Shown: positions 1-9,756, counted from the first letter of the stretch. The stretch is DNA of 64,000 nt from Clostridia bacterium (GCA_017470945.1 JAFUXH010000100.1:1084-65083); one strand, 5' to 3'. Made by a program: numbers and translations. Notes: generated by a model not told the origin, from the sequence alone.

Positions 1-60
1 TTTCAAGCGACCGGGGTGGAGGATGAGGACGAGATCGAGCTTGCAATGATGGTCGAGTGA
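1..60 (+). CDS. 3' end of an unidentified CDS entering from upstream (...FQATGVEDEDEIELAMMVE*)
   Basis: Open frame from window edge to TGA at 58-60. Too short to assign. Confidence 0.3.
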   Translation, partial: FQATGVEDEDEIELAMMVE

Positions 61-107
61 CACCCTTCGCACATGCATGCAAAAAGCGCGCGGACACACC
101 GCGCGCT

Positions 108-477
108 CAGGTTGTCGAAAAAGTATTTTCGACAACCTGCGAATCAAAGTGGAATCAGGATTCCGCTTTGATTCGGAACATCCATTTCCTGCAAAAATGG
201 GTTTTCGACCTCTATGGAGGCCAAAAACCCGATTTTCGCGGTCGGAAATGGATAGCGGAAGCGGCTTTCAGCCGAACCTCGCAATTCGGCATTGTCGCCC
301 AGGGATCAGCGCAAGCGCAGCCCCCTGGGCTCTGTGCCTCATTGGGCCTTCATCTGCCTGTATCCGCCACAGGCGGCGGCAGATTCCGGCCCTCGGCGAC
401 GTACACGCCGCCGCCTGCGGAATGAAATCGAAGGGGCTACGACCCCTTCGATGCATCCCGGGTTTTTCGACAGTCTG
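108..477 (+). repeat. multi-hairpin intergenic repeat, family B, copy 1 (long form)
   Basis: Begins with a 13-bp hairpin aggttgtcgaaaa/ttttcgacaacct, then gaatcaaag..ctttgattc. Ends ..cgaaggggct.cgaccccttcgatgcatcccgggtttttcga. The reverse complement is recognisably the same element at 42050-42304. Generates spurious ORFs 57..478. Confidence 0.8.
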
Positions 478-507
478 AGCGCGCAAAAAAACTGCGCGCT
501 TTGATTT

Positions 508-1350
508 TTACTTGCTTTCCTCTTTCTTCAGGGGGATCCAAATGTAGCTTTCGTAATCCTCGGGGTTCTCGGTGGGCGGGCCGTACACCTCCAGGGAGTA
601 ATTGCCCACCAGGGAATAGCCCTTCAGCGTGGGCAGCCATTCGGACCAGATTTGCGTATTCACGCTTTGCAGGCTGCCGGGCAGCGGGCCCTTGCATTTG
701 AATTGCGCCCATAGCCCGCCGGGGATCACGGCGGTTTCGATGCCGTCCGGGATATCCAGCCACGGCAGGTACACGTCGGCGATCCAGTAGTCGAAATCCT
801 TCCCGTTCGAATCCATGCACACGCCGAACATGCCTTTCAGGCCCTTCATGTCCGCCGTCCATTCTTTCCAGAACAGGGGGATCTCCTGATAGCTCGTGTC
901 GGAATTGAACGGGCGCTTCACGCCCATGATGGTGAACGGCGCTTTTTCCACGATGCGATAATCCAGCATTTTTCCACCCTCCAACGATATTTTGATGTGC
1001 AAGGGAGCGAAGGAACGAAGCGGCGCGCCGGCCTCCCGGGCCTTGGATGGAGAAATGCCGTGAAACCGCTGGAAGGCTTTCGCGAAGCTGTCCGGCGAAT
1101 CATAGCCGTATTCCAAGGCGACGTCAATGACCCTTTTTCCGGTGCCGCACAGCTCCTGGGCGGCCAGGGTCATGCGCCGGGCGCGAACGTATTCGCCCAC
1201 CGTCATGCCGCACAGCACGCCAAAGATCCGCTGATAGTAGAACGGCGAAAGCGCCGCGATCCCGGCGATGGAATCAATGTCCAGCGCATCGTTCAGATGG
1301 GCCTCGATGAAATCGATGGACCGCTGAAAGCTCTCGATCCAGCTTTGCAT
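508..1350 (-). CDS. AraC-family transcriptional regulator with GyrI-like effector-binding domain
   Basis: 280 aa. N-terminal AraC HTH (SPFYYQRIFG, YGYDSPDSFAKAFQRFHGISPSKAR). The C-terminal ~150 aa is GyrI-like (IVEKAPFTIMG...WIPLKK). Confidence 0.9.
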   Translation of the reverse strand: MQSWIESFQRSIDFIEAHLNDALDIDSIAGIAALSPFYYQRIFGVLCGMTVGEYVRARRMTLAAQELCGTGKRVIDVALEYGYDSPDSFAKAFQRFHGISPSKAREAGAPLRSFAPLHIKISLEGGKMLDYRIVEKAPFTIMGVKRPFNSDTSYQEIPLFWKEWTADMKGLKGMFGVCMDSNGKDFDYWIADVYLPWLDIPDGIETAVIPGGLWAQFKCKGPLPGSLQSVNTQIWSEWLPTLKGYSLVGNYSLEVYGPPTENPEDYESYIWIPLKKEESK

Positions 1351-1468
1351 GCCGCTCCCTCCCTCTCCTTGCGTTCACAGTATACCGGCAGAAGGAGCGC
1401 TCTGTCCCGACATCCTGTGCGCTCATGGCGCGGGTGCCACCCGTCGGGGCCTGAACCGCAGGGGGGAA

Positions 1469-2110
1469 TCAGAAGCTGGAAATGCCGTGGGCGTTCACCA
1501 TGGCGTCCAGCCGGACGCCGGCCTTGCACAGGGGGCAATCGTGGCTGCTGGTGCTGATGTAATCCGCCAGCACGTTTTTGGTGTCGAATATGGAGGTGAC
1601 GGGGAAGCCCTCGCACTCATCCACGCAGGTGAAAATGGCGCACAGCCCCACGGGGATGCCGTTGTAATAGCGCACGGCCTCCACGGCGGCCTGGGCGGTG
1701 TATCCGGTGGTGACCGACGCGGCCAGCACCAGCACGTGCTTGCCCACGATCATGGGGGCGGAATTATCCCGGAAGATCAATTGGCTGCCGGAGGTATGCT
1801 CCGGCGTGACCACGTAAATGGTGCGGTGGGCGTTCATATTCATGAAGCCCGCCTTGGTCAGTTCGCTGGCCATGCACGCGCCGATCACCTCGGTGCCGTC
1901 CAGGCACAGGATGGAATCGATGATGGTGGAGGGGCGGAAGCGGGCTGAAAGCTCAATGGCCGCCTCCCGGGCCTCGGACAGGCGATGCTTGGTCAGCGTC
2001 AGGTCGATATAATAGTTGATGTGGCTGTGGCTGGTGGCGAAATGCCCCCGGGCCACGCGCAGCGGCAGGTTGGATGATGCGGTGGGGTACTCGATCAATT
2101 GGATCGCCAT
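1469..2110 (-). CDS. phosphoribosyltransferase-like protein
   Basis: 213 aa. PRPP-loop-like VLVLAASVTTGYT, but with the acidic pair replaced. C-terminal CPLC. Confidence 0.6.
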   Translation of the reverse strand: MAIQLIEYPTASSNLPLRVARGHFATSHSHINYYIDLTLTKHRLSEAREAAIELSARFRPSTIIDSILCLDGTEVIGACMASELTKAGFMNMNAHRTIYVVTPEHTSGSQLIFRDNSAPMIVGKHVLVLAASVTTGYTAQAAVEAVRYYNGIPVGLCAIFTCVDECEGFPVTSIFDTKNVLADYISTSSHDCPLCKAGVRLDAMVNAHGISSF

Positions 2111-2179
2111 GAAATCAACTCCTTTGCTGGGGATATGCTTCTTCGGTACATTTCATCATAACAAATTTGCCCGCCGATG

Positions 2180-3025
2180 TCAAATGCTGCTTTCCGGGGC
2201 GGCGGTATCGCCGGATCGCAGCTGCCAGAAGGCGATGGCGGCGGCAGCGGCCACGTTCAGCGAATCGATGCCCGCCGCCATGGGGATCTTGGCGATGTGA
2301 TCGCATTGGCGGATGGTTTCCTCCGCCAGGCCGGTATCCTCAGTGCCCAGGAAAATGGCCAGGCGCTCCGCGGCGGCCAAACGGGGATCATCGATCGTAA
2401 GGCAATCCTTCATCAGGGCCAGGCCCACGGTGGCAAAGTCCAGGCGCTTCAGGAGGGGAAAGGCCTCGTCCGGCCCCAGGCGGGCCCAGGGCACCTGAAA
2501 AACGGAGCCCATGCACACCCGCACGGAGCGCCGGTGCAAGGGATCGCAGCAGGTGGGGGAGAGCAGAACGGCCCCGGCCCCCAGCGCCGCGGCGGAGCGG
2601 AAAATGGCCCCCACGTTGGAAGGCTCGGTGATCCCTTCCAGCACCGCCGTCCGGCGAACGCCCCGCAGCGCTTCCTCCGCCGTCAGCGGCCGGGGCCGGC
2701 GCATGGCGCACAGCACCCAGGAGCGCTGCAATTTGAATCCCGTCAGGGCGGAAAGCACCTCGTCCGCCGCCGTGTATACCGGCACGTCGCCGCAGCGGCG
2801 CAGGATCTCCGCCCCCGGCCCGTCGATCATTTTCCGGCGGATCAGCACCGATACCGGCTCATACCCCGCCTGCAGGGCGGATAAAACCACCTTGGGCCCC
2901 TCGGCGATAAAGATGCCTTTTTCCGGCTCCTGCTTGCTGCGCAGCTGCGCGTCGGTCAAATGATAAAATAGCCCCGGCCCCGGGCCCTGAAGATCGGTCA
3001 GCTCCATCAGCCGCATCCGGCGCAC
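2180..3025 (-). CDS. TrmH/SpoU-family RNA 2'-O-methyltransferase
   Basis: Motifs LEGITEPSNVGAIFRSAAALG, LGTEDTGL, IPMAAGIDSLNVAAAAAIAF. Start ambiguous (GTG 3025, ATG 3016 or 3007). Confidence 0.85.
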   Translation of the reverse strand: MRRMRLMELTDLQGPGPGLFYHLTDAQLRSKQEPEKGIFIAEGPKVVLSALQAGYEPVSVLIRRKMIDGPGAEILRRCGDVPVYTAADEVLSALTGFKLQRSWVLCAMRRPRPLTAEEALRGVRRTAVLEGITEPSNVGAIFRSAAALGAGAVLLSPTCCDPLHRRSVRVCMGSVFQVPWARLGPDEAFPLLKRLDFATVGLALMKDCLTIDDPRLAAAERLAIFLGTEDTGLAEETIRQCDHIAKIPMAAGIDSLNVAAAAAIAFWQLRSGDTAAPESSI

Positions 3026-3156
3026 CCCGTTTCTTTCCTATGTTTCGCGCTTGTATTATAATCGAATCCCGGCCCTTTGGCAACCGTCCGGCTTGCAATC
3101 GGGGCCCTGATCCTGTATAATGAACGCAGCTTTTGATCAGAAAGGAAGCGGCTGAT

Positions 3157-4362
3157 ATGCAAGTACAGGATCGATTTTTAACGTATGTGGCCATGGATAC
3201 CACCAGCGACGAAACCAGCGAAACCTGCCCCTCCACCCAACGGCAGTGGGCCCTGGCCCGCCGCCTGGAGCAGGAAATGAAGGGCCTGGGCATGGCCGGG
3301 GTGCGGCTGGACGAGCACGCCTACGTGTACGGCTTCATTCCCGCCACCGACGATTCCCTGCCCGCCATCGGCCTGATCGCCCACATGGATACGGTGGACG
3401 CGGTGCCCGGATCGCCCATCCATCCCCGGGTGATCCGCTATACCGGCGGCGATATCACGCTGAACCAGGAAAAAGGCATCGTGATGCGGGAAAAGGATTT
3501 TGAGTGCCTGCAAAAGGATCGGGGGAACGATTTGATCGTCACCGACGGCACCACCCTGCTGGGGGCGGATGATAAGGCCGGCGTGGCGGAAATCATGACG
3601 CTGTGCGAATACGTGATGGCCCACCCGGAGGAAAAGCACGGGAAAATCTGCATCGGGTTCACCCCCGACGAGGAAATCGGCCGGGGGGCCGACCTGTTCG
3701 ACGTGCCGGGCTTCGGGGCGGATTTTGCCTACACCGTGGACGGCGGCGCGGCGGACGAGATCGAATATGAAAATTTCAATGCCGCCTCGGCCCGGGTGGT
3801 GATCAACGGCTTTTCCATTCATCCCGGCAGCGCCAAGAACAAAATGATCAACGCTTCCCGCCTGGCCATGGAATTCCACGCCATGCTGCCCGCTCACGAA
3901 ATTCCCGAATGCACCGAAGGCTACGAGGGCTTTTACCATTTGAACCACATGGAGGGTGTTGAGCAGCGGGCCCAATTGCAATACATCATCCGGGATCACG
4001 ACAGGGAAAAATTCCAGCAGAAGAAGGCACGGATGGAAAAAATCGCCGCGTACATGAACGAAAAATACGGCGACGGCACCATCGACCTGACCCTGCGGGA
4101 CAGCTACTACAACATGAAAGAAAAGGTGCAGGAAAAGCCCGAGGTGGTGGCGCGGGCCCAGGCGGCCATCCGCGCCTGCGGGATGGAGCCCAAATCCGTG
4201 CCCATCCGGGGCGGCACCGATGGGGCGCGCCTGTCCTTCATGGGGCTGACCTGCCCCAACCTGGGCACCGGCGGCCGCAACTGCCACGGCATTTTTGAGT
4301 ACGCCGTGGTGCAGGAAATGGAAACGATGGTGGAGGTGCTGAAAAAGCTGGTGCTGGCGTAA
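3157..4362 (+). CDS. pepT: peptidase T (tripeptide aminopeptidase, M20B)
   Basis: MQVQDRFLTYV start behind AAAGGAAG. Motifs IAHMDTV, GADDKAG, FTPDEEIGRGA, IRGGTDGA. The first 8 codons of the track ORF (3133) were dropped. Confidence 0.92.
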   Translation: MQVQDRFLTYVAMDTTSDETSETCPSTQRQWALARRLEQEMKGLGMAGVRLDEHAYVYGFIPATDDSLPAIGLIAHMDTVDAVPGSPIHPRVIRYTGGDITLNQEKGIVMREKDFECLQKDRGNDLIVTDGTTLLGADDKAGVAEIMTLCEYVMAHPEEKHGKICIGFTPDEEIGRGADLFDVPGFGADFAYTVDGGAADEIEYENFNAASARVVINGFSIHPGSAKNKMINASRLAMEFHAMLPAHEIPECTEGYEGFYHLNHMEGVEQRAQLQYIIRDHDREKFQQKKARMEKIAAYMNEKYGDGTIDLTLRDSYYNMKEKVQEKPEVVARAQAAIRACGMEPKSVPIRGGTDGARLSFMGLTCPNLGTGGRNCHGIFEYAVVQEMETMVEVLKKLVLA

Positions 4363-4430
4363 GGCGTGCGTTGGGTGATCACATTGCTTCATCCTGTTTT
4401 AAGAAAAGTGAATCACAAAAAAGAACACTT

Positions 4431-4558
4431 CCGTCATCCCGAGTGAAGCGGAGCCAGAGGCGAAGCGGAATCGAGGGATCTGAAAGCCGGCTGGATCAGC
4501 CGCGCCAGATCCCTCCACTTCATTTCGCCTCCGGCTCCATTTCGGTCGGGATGACAGC
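4431..4558 (+). repeat. ~127-nt nested-hairpin intergenic repeat, family A, copy 1
   Basis: Terminal inverted repeat gtcatcccga/tcgggatgac and inner perfect inverted repeat gagggatctg/cagatccctc. About 85% identical by eye to 32811-32937. Source of spurious ORFs 4371..4592 and 4434..4625. Confidence 0.8.
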
Positions 4559-4797
4559 GTTTGTTGTCCGGCAGTTTGCTGCGATTCAATAAATTCAGAA
4601 AAACCACATGTTGATCAGGAATCAACAGTGGCTTTCTCGGAAGGGGGTGTGGGGCGAACCGCTTGAAGGAGCAAACCCTTGTGGGCTTGCGACGCGGAAA
4701 CGCTCAAGCAATATGTGCGTAAAAGCGCGGGCAAGCGCAGCGCAGGCCGTGCGGTGCAATGTCAAAGAGAGGTTCCCCCACACCTTTTATCATAGCT

Positions 4798-5166
4798 TCA
4801 TATAGGCTCTTCCGTTTCCTCCGGCGGATCCTCCACCCCTACCGCCGCGGCCAGGGCCTTTTCCACCAGGGCCATTTTTTCGTTTGTCAAGCGGCCCAGC
4901 CGCCGGGTCAGCCGGGATTTTTCCAGGGTGCGCACCTGCTCGCACAGGATCACCGACGGCCTGCGGATGCCGCCTTGGGGCGGCAACAGGGGCACGTGGG
5001 TGCGCAGGGGCGCTTTGCCGGTTTTGCTGGTCAGGGGCAGGATGATCACGGTGGGGCTGAAGCGGTTGCCCAGGTCGTTCTGAATGATCAGCACCGGGCG
5101 CACGCCCCCCTGCTCCGAGCCGACCACGGGATCCAGATTCGCAAAATATATGTCACCACGTTTCAC
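4798..5166 (-). CDS. mazF: MazF/PemK-family endoribonuclease toxin
   Basis: 122 aa. KRGDIYFANLDPVVGSEQGGVRPVLIIQND and LPLTSK..RTHV match the MazF/EndoA signature. GTG start. Confidence 0.88.
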   Translation of the reverse strand: MKRGDIYFANLDPVVGSEQGGVRPVLIIQNDLGNRFSPTVIILPLTSKTGKAPLRTHVPLLPPQGGIRRPSVILCEQVRTLEKSRLTRRLGRLTNEKMALVEKALAAAVGVEDPPEETEEPI

Positions 5167-5442
5167 GTGTGTTCACGCTCCGTCGGCGACAGCCAACGGG
5201 CGGCCGCCGCCGCTGATGGCAGGAAAAGAAGCAAGATTTCTTTCCTGCTATCATGGTATGCGGAAGCAGCCGGTGGGTGCGCGCCAAGAAACGAGGCACG
5301 GCCTTTTTCGGGCTTGCATCGGCGCTATTTGGCGTCGATCAGCCCCGCCTGCCTGAGGCCCTGGGCCACCGCGTTTGCGCGGGGTCGTACGCGGCGGCGG
5401 TAGAATCGCCGCGGAGAAAGATATTTACAGGCGGCTTTCCTT

Positions 5443-6288
5443 TCACGCGGGCAGGGTTTGGGCGATCTTTTCCAGGTGCAGCCGGGCGCTTTCGGCGTTT
5501 TCGGGCAGGGTATCCTCCAGCGTCATGGGCAAATCGTTCTTTTTCGCCAGGGCGAGCAGCTTTTCAAAGCGCATGCTTCCCGTGCCGCAGGCCTGGGAAT
5601 GGATGCCGCCATCCGGCAGCACCGTGAAATCCTTCATGTGCAGCACGCGCACCCGGTCGCCCAGGCGGCGGATGGCATCCTCCGTCAGGGCGTCGGCCTG
5701 GCCGTCGCAGCCCGGGCCGATCAGGTTGACGGCGTCCAGGATGATCTGCAAATGATCGGAGGGTATGGCTTCCAGCATCCGTTCCGCCCGCTCCGGGGTG
5801 GAGATGATGTGGTGATACACCATTTCCACGGCCAGGATGGCGTCCGTTTCCTCGGCGCAGCGCACCACGGGGCGCAAGCTGTCCACAAACAGCTGGAATG
5901 CCTCCTCGCTGCGGGCGGGCGGCTGGGAAAAGCGCGATTCCGGGTTGGCGTAGGTTTCGGTGCCCACCACCCGTGCGCCGATCCACGGGGCGGCGCGCAG
6001 GTGGGCCTGGTAAATCGCCTGGGTATGGGCCCGCCGCTCGGCGTTGGGATCCGCCAAATTGAGGTAGCAGCCCAGCACGGCGCATTCCATGCCGGTGTCC
6101 GTCAGCGCCTGCCTGACCTGGGCGGCCACCTCGGGCGTGAGCTGCCGGGGCGCGTCGGGCATGGAGAAGCCCTCCAGCGTCATGCCCAACGCGATGTGGG
6201 CGCAGGTGAAGCCCTGGGCCCGGGCGAAGCCCAGCCGTTCCCGCAGGGTGCCGGGGGCCGTGTCGTGCAGCCGAATGCCGATATTCAT
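5443..6288 (-). CDS. sugar phosphate isomerase/epimerase (xylose-isomerase-like TIM barrel)
   Basis: MNIGIRLHD start (track ORF trimmed by 24 codons). AP-endonuclease-2/TIM-barrel family pattern (VGTETY, LAVEMVYHH). Confidence 0.8.
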   Translation of the reverse strand: MNIGIRLHDTAPGTLRERLGFARAQGFTCAHIALGMTLEGFSMPDAPRQLTPEVAAQVRQALTDTGMECAVLGCYLNLADPNAERRAHTQAIYQAHLRAAPWIGARVVGTETYANPESRFSQPPARSEEAFQLFVDSLRPVVRCAEETDAILAVEMVYHHIISTPERAERMLEAIPSDHLQIILDAVNLIGPGCDGQADALTEDAIRRLGDRVRVLHMKDFTVLPDGGIHSQACGTGSMRFEKLLALAKKNDLPMTLEDTLPENAESARLHLEKIAQTLPA

Positions 6289-6326
6289 GTGCCGATCTCC
6301 TTTTTTATGGGACGCGCGAAACGCCG

Positions 6327-6995
6327 TTACGCGCCTTCCTCCTTCAAATAGGCCGCGCAAACCGGGTACTGCCGCATTTCGCGCACCACCAGCTTGCAGA
6401 TCTCGTTGGCCCCGTAGGCGTTGAAATGGGTTTTGTCGTCATGCCCGTCGGGAAAATCAGGGTTCTCGCCGGGGGCCAGGCGCACGAACAATTCCGCCGT
6501 TTTTTCCTCCCCCAGGGCCAGGTACAGCGCCCGGCTGTCCTTTTTCAGGTCGCACAGGGGCACCTTCTTTTCCCCGGCCAGCTGTCGGATGGCCAAGGGA
6601 TATTCGCCGTGGGTGTACAGCATGCTGCCGCCGCCCACGAAGAACCGGCGGGAAACCGGGGTCAGCAGCACCGGCTGAGCGCCTCGGTCAAGGGCTGCCT
6701 GGCAGTAAAACCACAATGACTGCTTGAAGGTGCTGCCCGGGTCGGTGTGGCGCTCGTCGTCTTTTTCGTCGTTGTGGCCGAACTGGATCAGCAGCAGATC
6801 CCCCGCCGCCATTTCCCGTTCCGCCGGGGCGAACAGCCCTTCCGCCCGGAAGCTTAAGCTGCTGCGCCCGCTCAGGGCGATGTTGCGAACCGTCACGCCC
6901 TCCCTTACATACTGCGGCAGGGCCCAGCCCCACCCCCGGAAGGGGGGCTTGTTATCCTCCACCGTGGAATCGCCAATGATCCAAATTACAGGCAT
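6327..6995 (-). CDS. SGNH/GDSL hydrolase, rhamnogalacturonan-acetylesterase-like
   Basis: Block I IIGDSTV, block III FGHND, block V DDKTHFN. 222 aa. Confidence 0.85.
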   Translation of the reverse strand: MPVIWIIGDSTVEDNKPPFRGWGWALPQYVREGVTVRNIALSGRSSLSFRAEGLFAPAEREMAAGDLLLIQFGHNDEKDDERHTDPGSTFKQSLWFYCQAALDRGAQPVLLTPVSRRFFVGGGSMLYTHGEYPLAIRQLAGEKKVPLCDLKKDSRALYLALGEEKTAELFVRLAPGENPDFPDGHDDKTHFNAYGANEICKLVVREMRQYPVCAAYLKEEGA

Positions 6996-6998
6996 ATG

Positions 6999-7546
6999 TC
7001 ACCACTCCTTCCAGACCTGATGCAGGTCGATTATGCATACCTGGCCCACGCCGTTTTTATCGGGGTTGGAAAACAGGACCCGATCGGCGCATTGCCGTTT
7101 GTGATCCCGGCTGAAGCAGGGACCCGGCTTTATCATGGCCATTTTGACGCCGTTGGACGCCCGAACCTCATGGGGGATCCACTCGCTGGGGCGCTCTACG
7201 CAGAAGGGCCGCGCATAGCGCGCCTTCACGCCGAACATCCAGGCGCGCTGGAAAGCGCCGCCTTCGGTTTATCGCCGATAGGCTTTTCCCAGTCGGCGGC
7301 GAAGCCCCGGAAGGAATCATCGGTGCTCCGCTCGATTGCGCCCGCTTCCGCGTTGGCCCGGCAGCAGCCGCCGTCGGTCCGCCCCCTCCAATTGCCGCTT
7401 CAAAAAAAGAAATACCGGCCGTCGGTGGAAAAGTTTTCACAGGCGACATGCAGCTTGGCGTTGCGTTCCGGCCCCTGGGCGCAGCGGTGCACCGCGTGGG
7501 CCGTGATGGCGTCGCGGTCAATTTCCTTGGCGGAATTCTTCTTTTT
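6999..7546 (-). pseudogene. disrupted ORF (three collinear segments), product unknown
   Basis: Minus-strand frame open from 7546. In-frame TGA at 7402-7400, directly after a T7 run. The frame continues to 7229, then shifts by one into ORF 6999..7238. No intact start found. Confidence 0.3.
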
Positions 7547-8347
7547 TTACAGCCCAACGCATTGCCCGGCGGGGATGCGGCGGGCGGGCTGATCGTTGAC
7601 GGAAATCCAGCAATCCCGGGCGTTGGGGTTGAAAACAAAGCTGTTGTCCGCCGCGAACTGCAGGCGTTTATAATCATCCAAACAATCCAGAAGCTGAATG
7701 TTGGTGCAGTACCAGATATCCTCCTTGCCGCCCATCATGCGGCAGAAATCTTCGATCAGATCCCAGTTGCCTTTATCGTCGAATTCATAGCTGTGGCCCC
7801 ACACGTACATCAAATATAAGTATTGTTTTTTGTAAAGGGCCAGGAATTGCTCCCCCAGCTCCAGCAGCCGGTGGTTATGATGGCAGGTGGCCTGCCAGCG
7901 GTAGGGGTTTTCGGGCAGGGCAAAGCCGTCCGACGAGCCCACCACCCGGGAATAGCGGATGCCCAGGCCCGGCAGCAACGCCTCGATCTCCGGGCTCAAG
8001 GAGCCGTTGGGATAGCTGAGGCCCCGCACGGGGTAGCCGGTGTGTGCCTCCAGGAAGATCCTGTCGGCCAGCACCTCGTGGGCCACCTCCGGCAGGGGGC
8101 AGCGGGCGATGGTGGGGTGGGTCACGGTGTGGCAGGCCACCTCGTGGCCCGCGTACAGGGTGGGGATTTCTTTCGGCGTCACCCGATCGGCCCGGTCAAA
8201 CAGGCCGCTGTTCAGGTGAAAGGTGCCCTTGATGCCGTATCGGTTGAAGATATCGATCAGCCGCCGGTCCTGGGTGCGGCCGTCGTCGTAGCTCATGGTC
8301 AGCGCCTTATGCTTTCCGCCGGGAAAGCAGCAATACACTTTGTTCAT
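7547..8347 (-). CDS. polysaccharide deacetylase (CE4-like)
   Basis: MNKVYCCFPGG start behind GGAGG (track ORF trimmed by 64 Arg/Ala-rich codons). LTMSYDDG and HTVTHP motifs. Confidence 0.85.
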   Translation of the reverse strand: MNKVYCCFPGGKHKALTMSYDDGRTQDRRLIDIFNRYGIKGTFHLNSGLFDRADRVTPKEIPTLYAGHEVACHTVTHPTIARCPLPEVAHEVLADRIFLEAHTGYPVRGLSYPNGSLSPEIEALLPGLGIRYSRVVGSSDGFALPENPYRWQATCHHNHRLLELGEQFLALYKKQYLYLMYVWGHSYEFDDKGNWDLIEDFCRMMGGKEDIWYCTNIQLLDCLDDYKRLQFAADNSFVFNPNARDCWISVNDQPARRIPAGQCVGL

Positions 8348-8575
8348 CGGTGCCTCCGCAGAAGGAGAGCCTGCCGATTTTGCGCGGCAGCCCCGGTTGA
8401 TCTTGAGGGGTGCGTTTATTGGCCGGGCGCGGCGTGATAAGCGGCGCTGTATGCTTCGATTGGAACCCAGCCTTCGCCAGCACCTGCGGCCTGTGCCGCG
8501 CAGCGCTTTTCTTTCCGCCGCTGGGTGCCTATGCGCCATCCGTCTTTCTTTGCCCGTTCCCCGCCGGCGCGCCCG

Positions 8576-9625
8576 TTACGCCCGGATCATCAGTTCCGTC
8601 AGCATCAGGAAGGTCAGCCCCTGGCCGTAAGCCGTGGGGGTGACGATGATATCCTTATAGTGCTGCAAAGTGTGGCCCATGCCGGTGCCGCCGCTGACGC
8701 CCTGCACCGCGCCGGTTTCGTCGATTTGATCCAGCACCGCTTCGGCCGACAGCATGCCCATCTGCTGGTAGGGCTCCTGGGGCAGCCAGCCAAGGCGCAC
8801 GCCCTTCAAAACGCCGTACGCGATGGCGGCGGTGGCGCTGGTTTCGCAGTAGGTTTCCTCCACGTTGATCAGGGTGGTGTAGAGTCCGTTGACCCGCTGA
8901 TATTTCCACAGCGCCAGCACCTGGTCCAGCCAGGCGGCGTGGATCATGCGCATGGCGGCGTTCTGGCGCTTGGTGATATCGTAAAGCTCCACCGCGGCGG
9001 CGGTGAACCAGGCGTTGCCCCGGGCCCAGTAGGCCTCGGCGAAGTTGTGCCGCCGGTCAAACGTCCAGCCGTGGTAGAACAGGCCGCTGACCTTGTTCTG
9101 CAGATAGCGGATGTGCATCAGGAATTGGTATTCCGCTTCCTCGATCAGCTCCGGCCGGTCCAGCACCACGCCGGCCTTGGCCAGGAACAGGCACACCATA
9201 AACAGCGTGTCGCACCACAATTGCTGGTAGTGCTTGTTCCACACCGTGCAGTGCTGCAGGCCCTCGTATTCCGTGCGGGGCATTTCCTTCATTACCCAGT
9301 CGATCCAGCTGTCGATCACCGGCAGATAGTCCGGGTTCTTCGTTTCGTCGTACAGGCAGGTCAGCGTCAGCACGGGGGCCACGGTGTTCACGTTGCGGTG
9401 GGGCTGGGCCTCCCTGTGCAGCATATCGTCGTACCAGCCCGTCAGGTAATCCAGGATGCTCCTGTCGCCGCTTTGCTGGTAGGTTTTATAGATGCCATAC
9501 AGCGCCACGCCGGTGGGCCATTCCCAGTTGTTCATGGTCAAATGCCCCCGGGAGGGGTCGTTGCCGTCGGCCCGCTGGAGCATGCCCAGCACCCGATTTG
9601 CCGTTTGGCGATAGTCTTCCCGCAT
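8576..9625 (-). CDS. GH105 unsaturated rhamnogalacturonyl hydrolase (YteR/YesR-like)
   Basis: 349 aa. NWEWPTGVALYG, WCDTLFM, FYHGW, ARGNAWF motifs typical of GH88/GH105. Confidence 0.9.
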   Translation of the reverse strand: MREDYRQTANRVLGMLQRADGNDPSRGHLTMNNWEWPTGVALYGIYKTYQQSGDRSILDYLTGWYDDMLHREAQPHRNVNTVAPVLTLTCLYDETKNPDYLPVIDSWIDWVMKEMPRTEYEGLQHCTVWNKHYQQLWCDTLFMVCLFLAKAGVVLDRPELIEEAEYQFLMHIRYLQNKVSGLFYHGWTFDRRHNFAEAYWARGNAWFTAAAVELYDITKRQNAAMRMIHAAWLDQVLALWKYQRVNGLYTTLINVEETYCETSATAAIAYGVLKGVRLGWLPQEPYQQMGMLSAEAVLDQIDETGAVQGVSGGTGMGHTLQHYKDIIVTPTAYGQGLTFLMLTELMIRA

Positions 9626-9660
9626 GAATGCTCACCCGCCTATTGTTTTTATCATGTGAA

Positions 9661-9674
9661 TGTTAGCGCTTACA
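9661..9674. promoter_or_regulatory. LacI-type palindromic operator, site 1 (TGTTAGCGCTTACA)
   Basis: 14-nt near-perfect palindrome in the divergent GH105/lacI intergenic region. Confidence 0.5.
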
Positions 9675-9756
9675 TTATAATATTTTTCCATTCCGTCTGT
9701 CAATATAATTTTATCATTTCTGTTTCTCTTGCGTGTGGCCGGCGGATGGGGTATAA

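Noticed and set aside
57-478. ORFs inside repeat elements: 57..425, 77..478, 4371..4592, 4434..4625, 11159..11683, 11303..11590, 32513..32902, 42054..42449.
   Set aside because: They coincide exactly with families A, B and C of hairpin-rich repeats, occur on either strand, lack RBSs, and their similarity between copies is at the nucleotide rather than the codon level.
4641-4785. Possible fourth repeat or MITE delimited by ggtgtgggg (4646-4654) and ccccacacc (4777-4785).
   Set aside because: It is only a 9-bp long-range complement and I could not find a second copy in the window. The evidence is insufficient to call an element.
7400-7402. In-frame TGA as a selenocysteine or programmed recoding site.
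   Set aside because: No SECIS-like hairpin is evident downstream. A second lesion (frameshift near 7229-7238) and the lack of a start codon point to a pseudogene or a sequencing error at the homopolymer.
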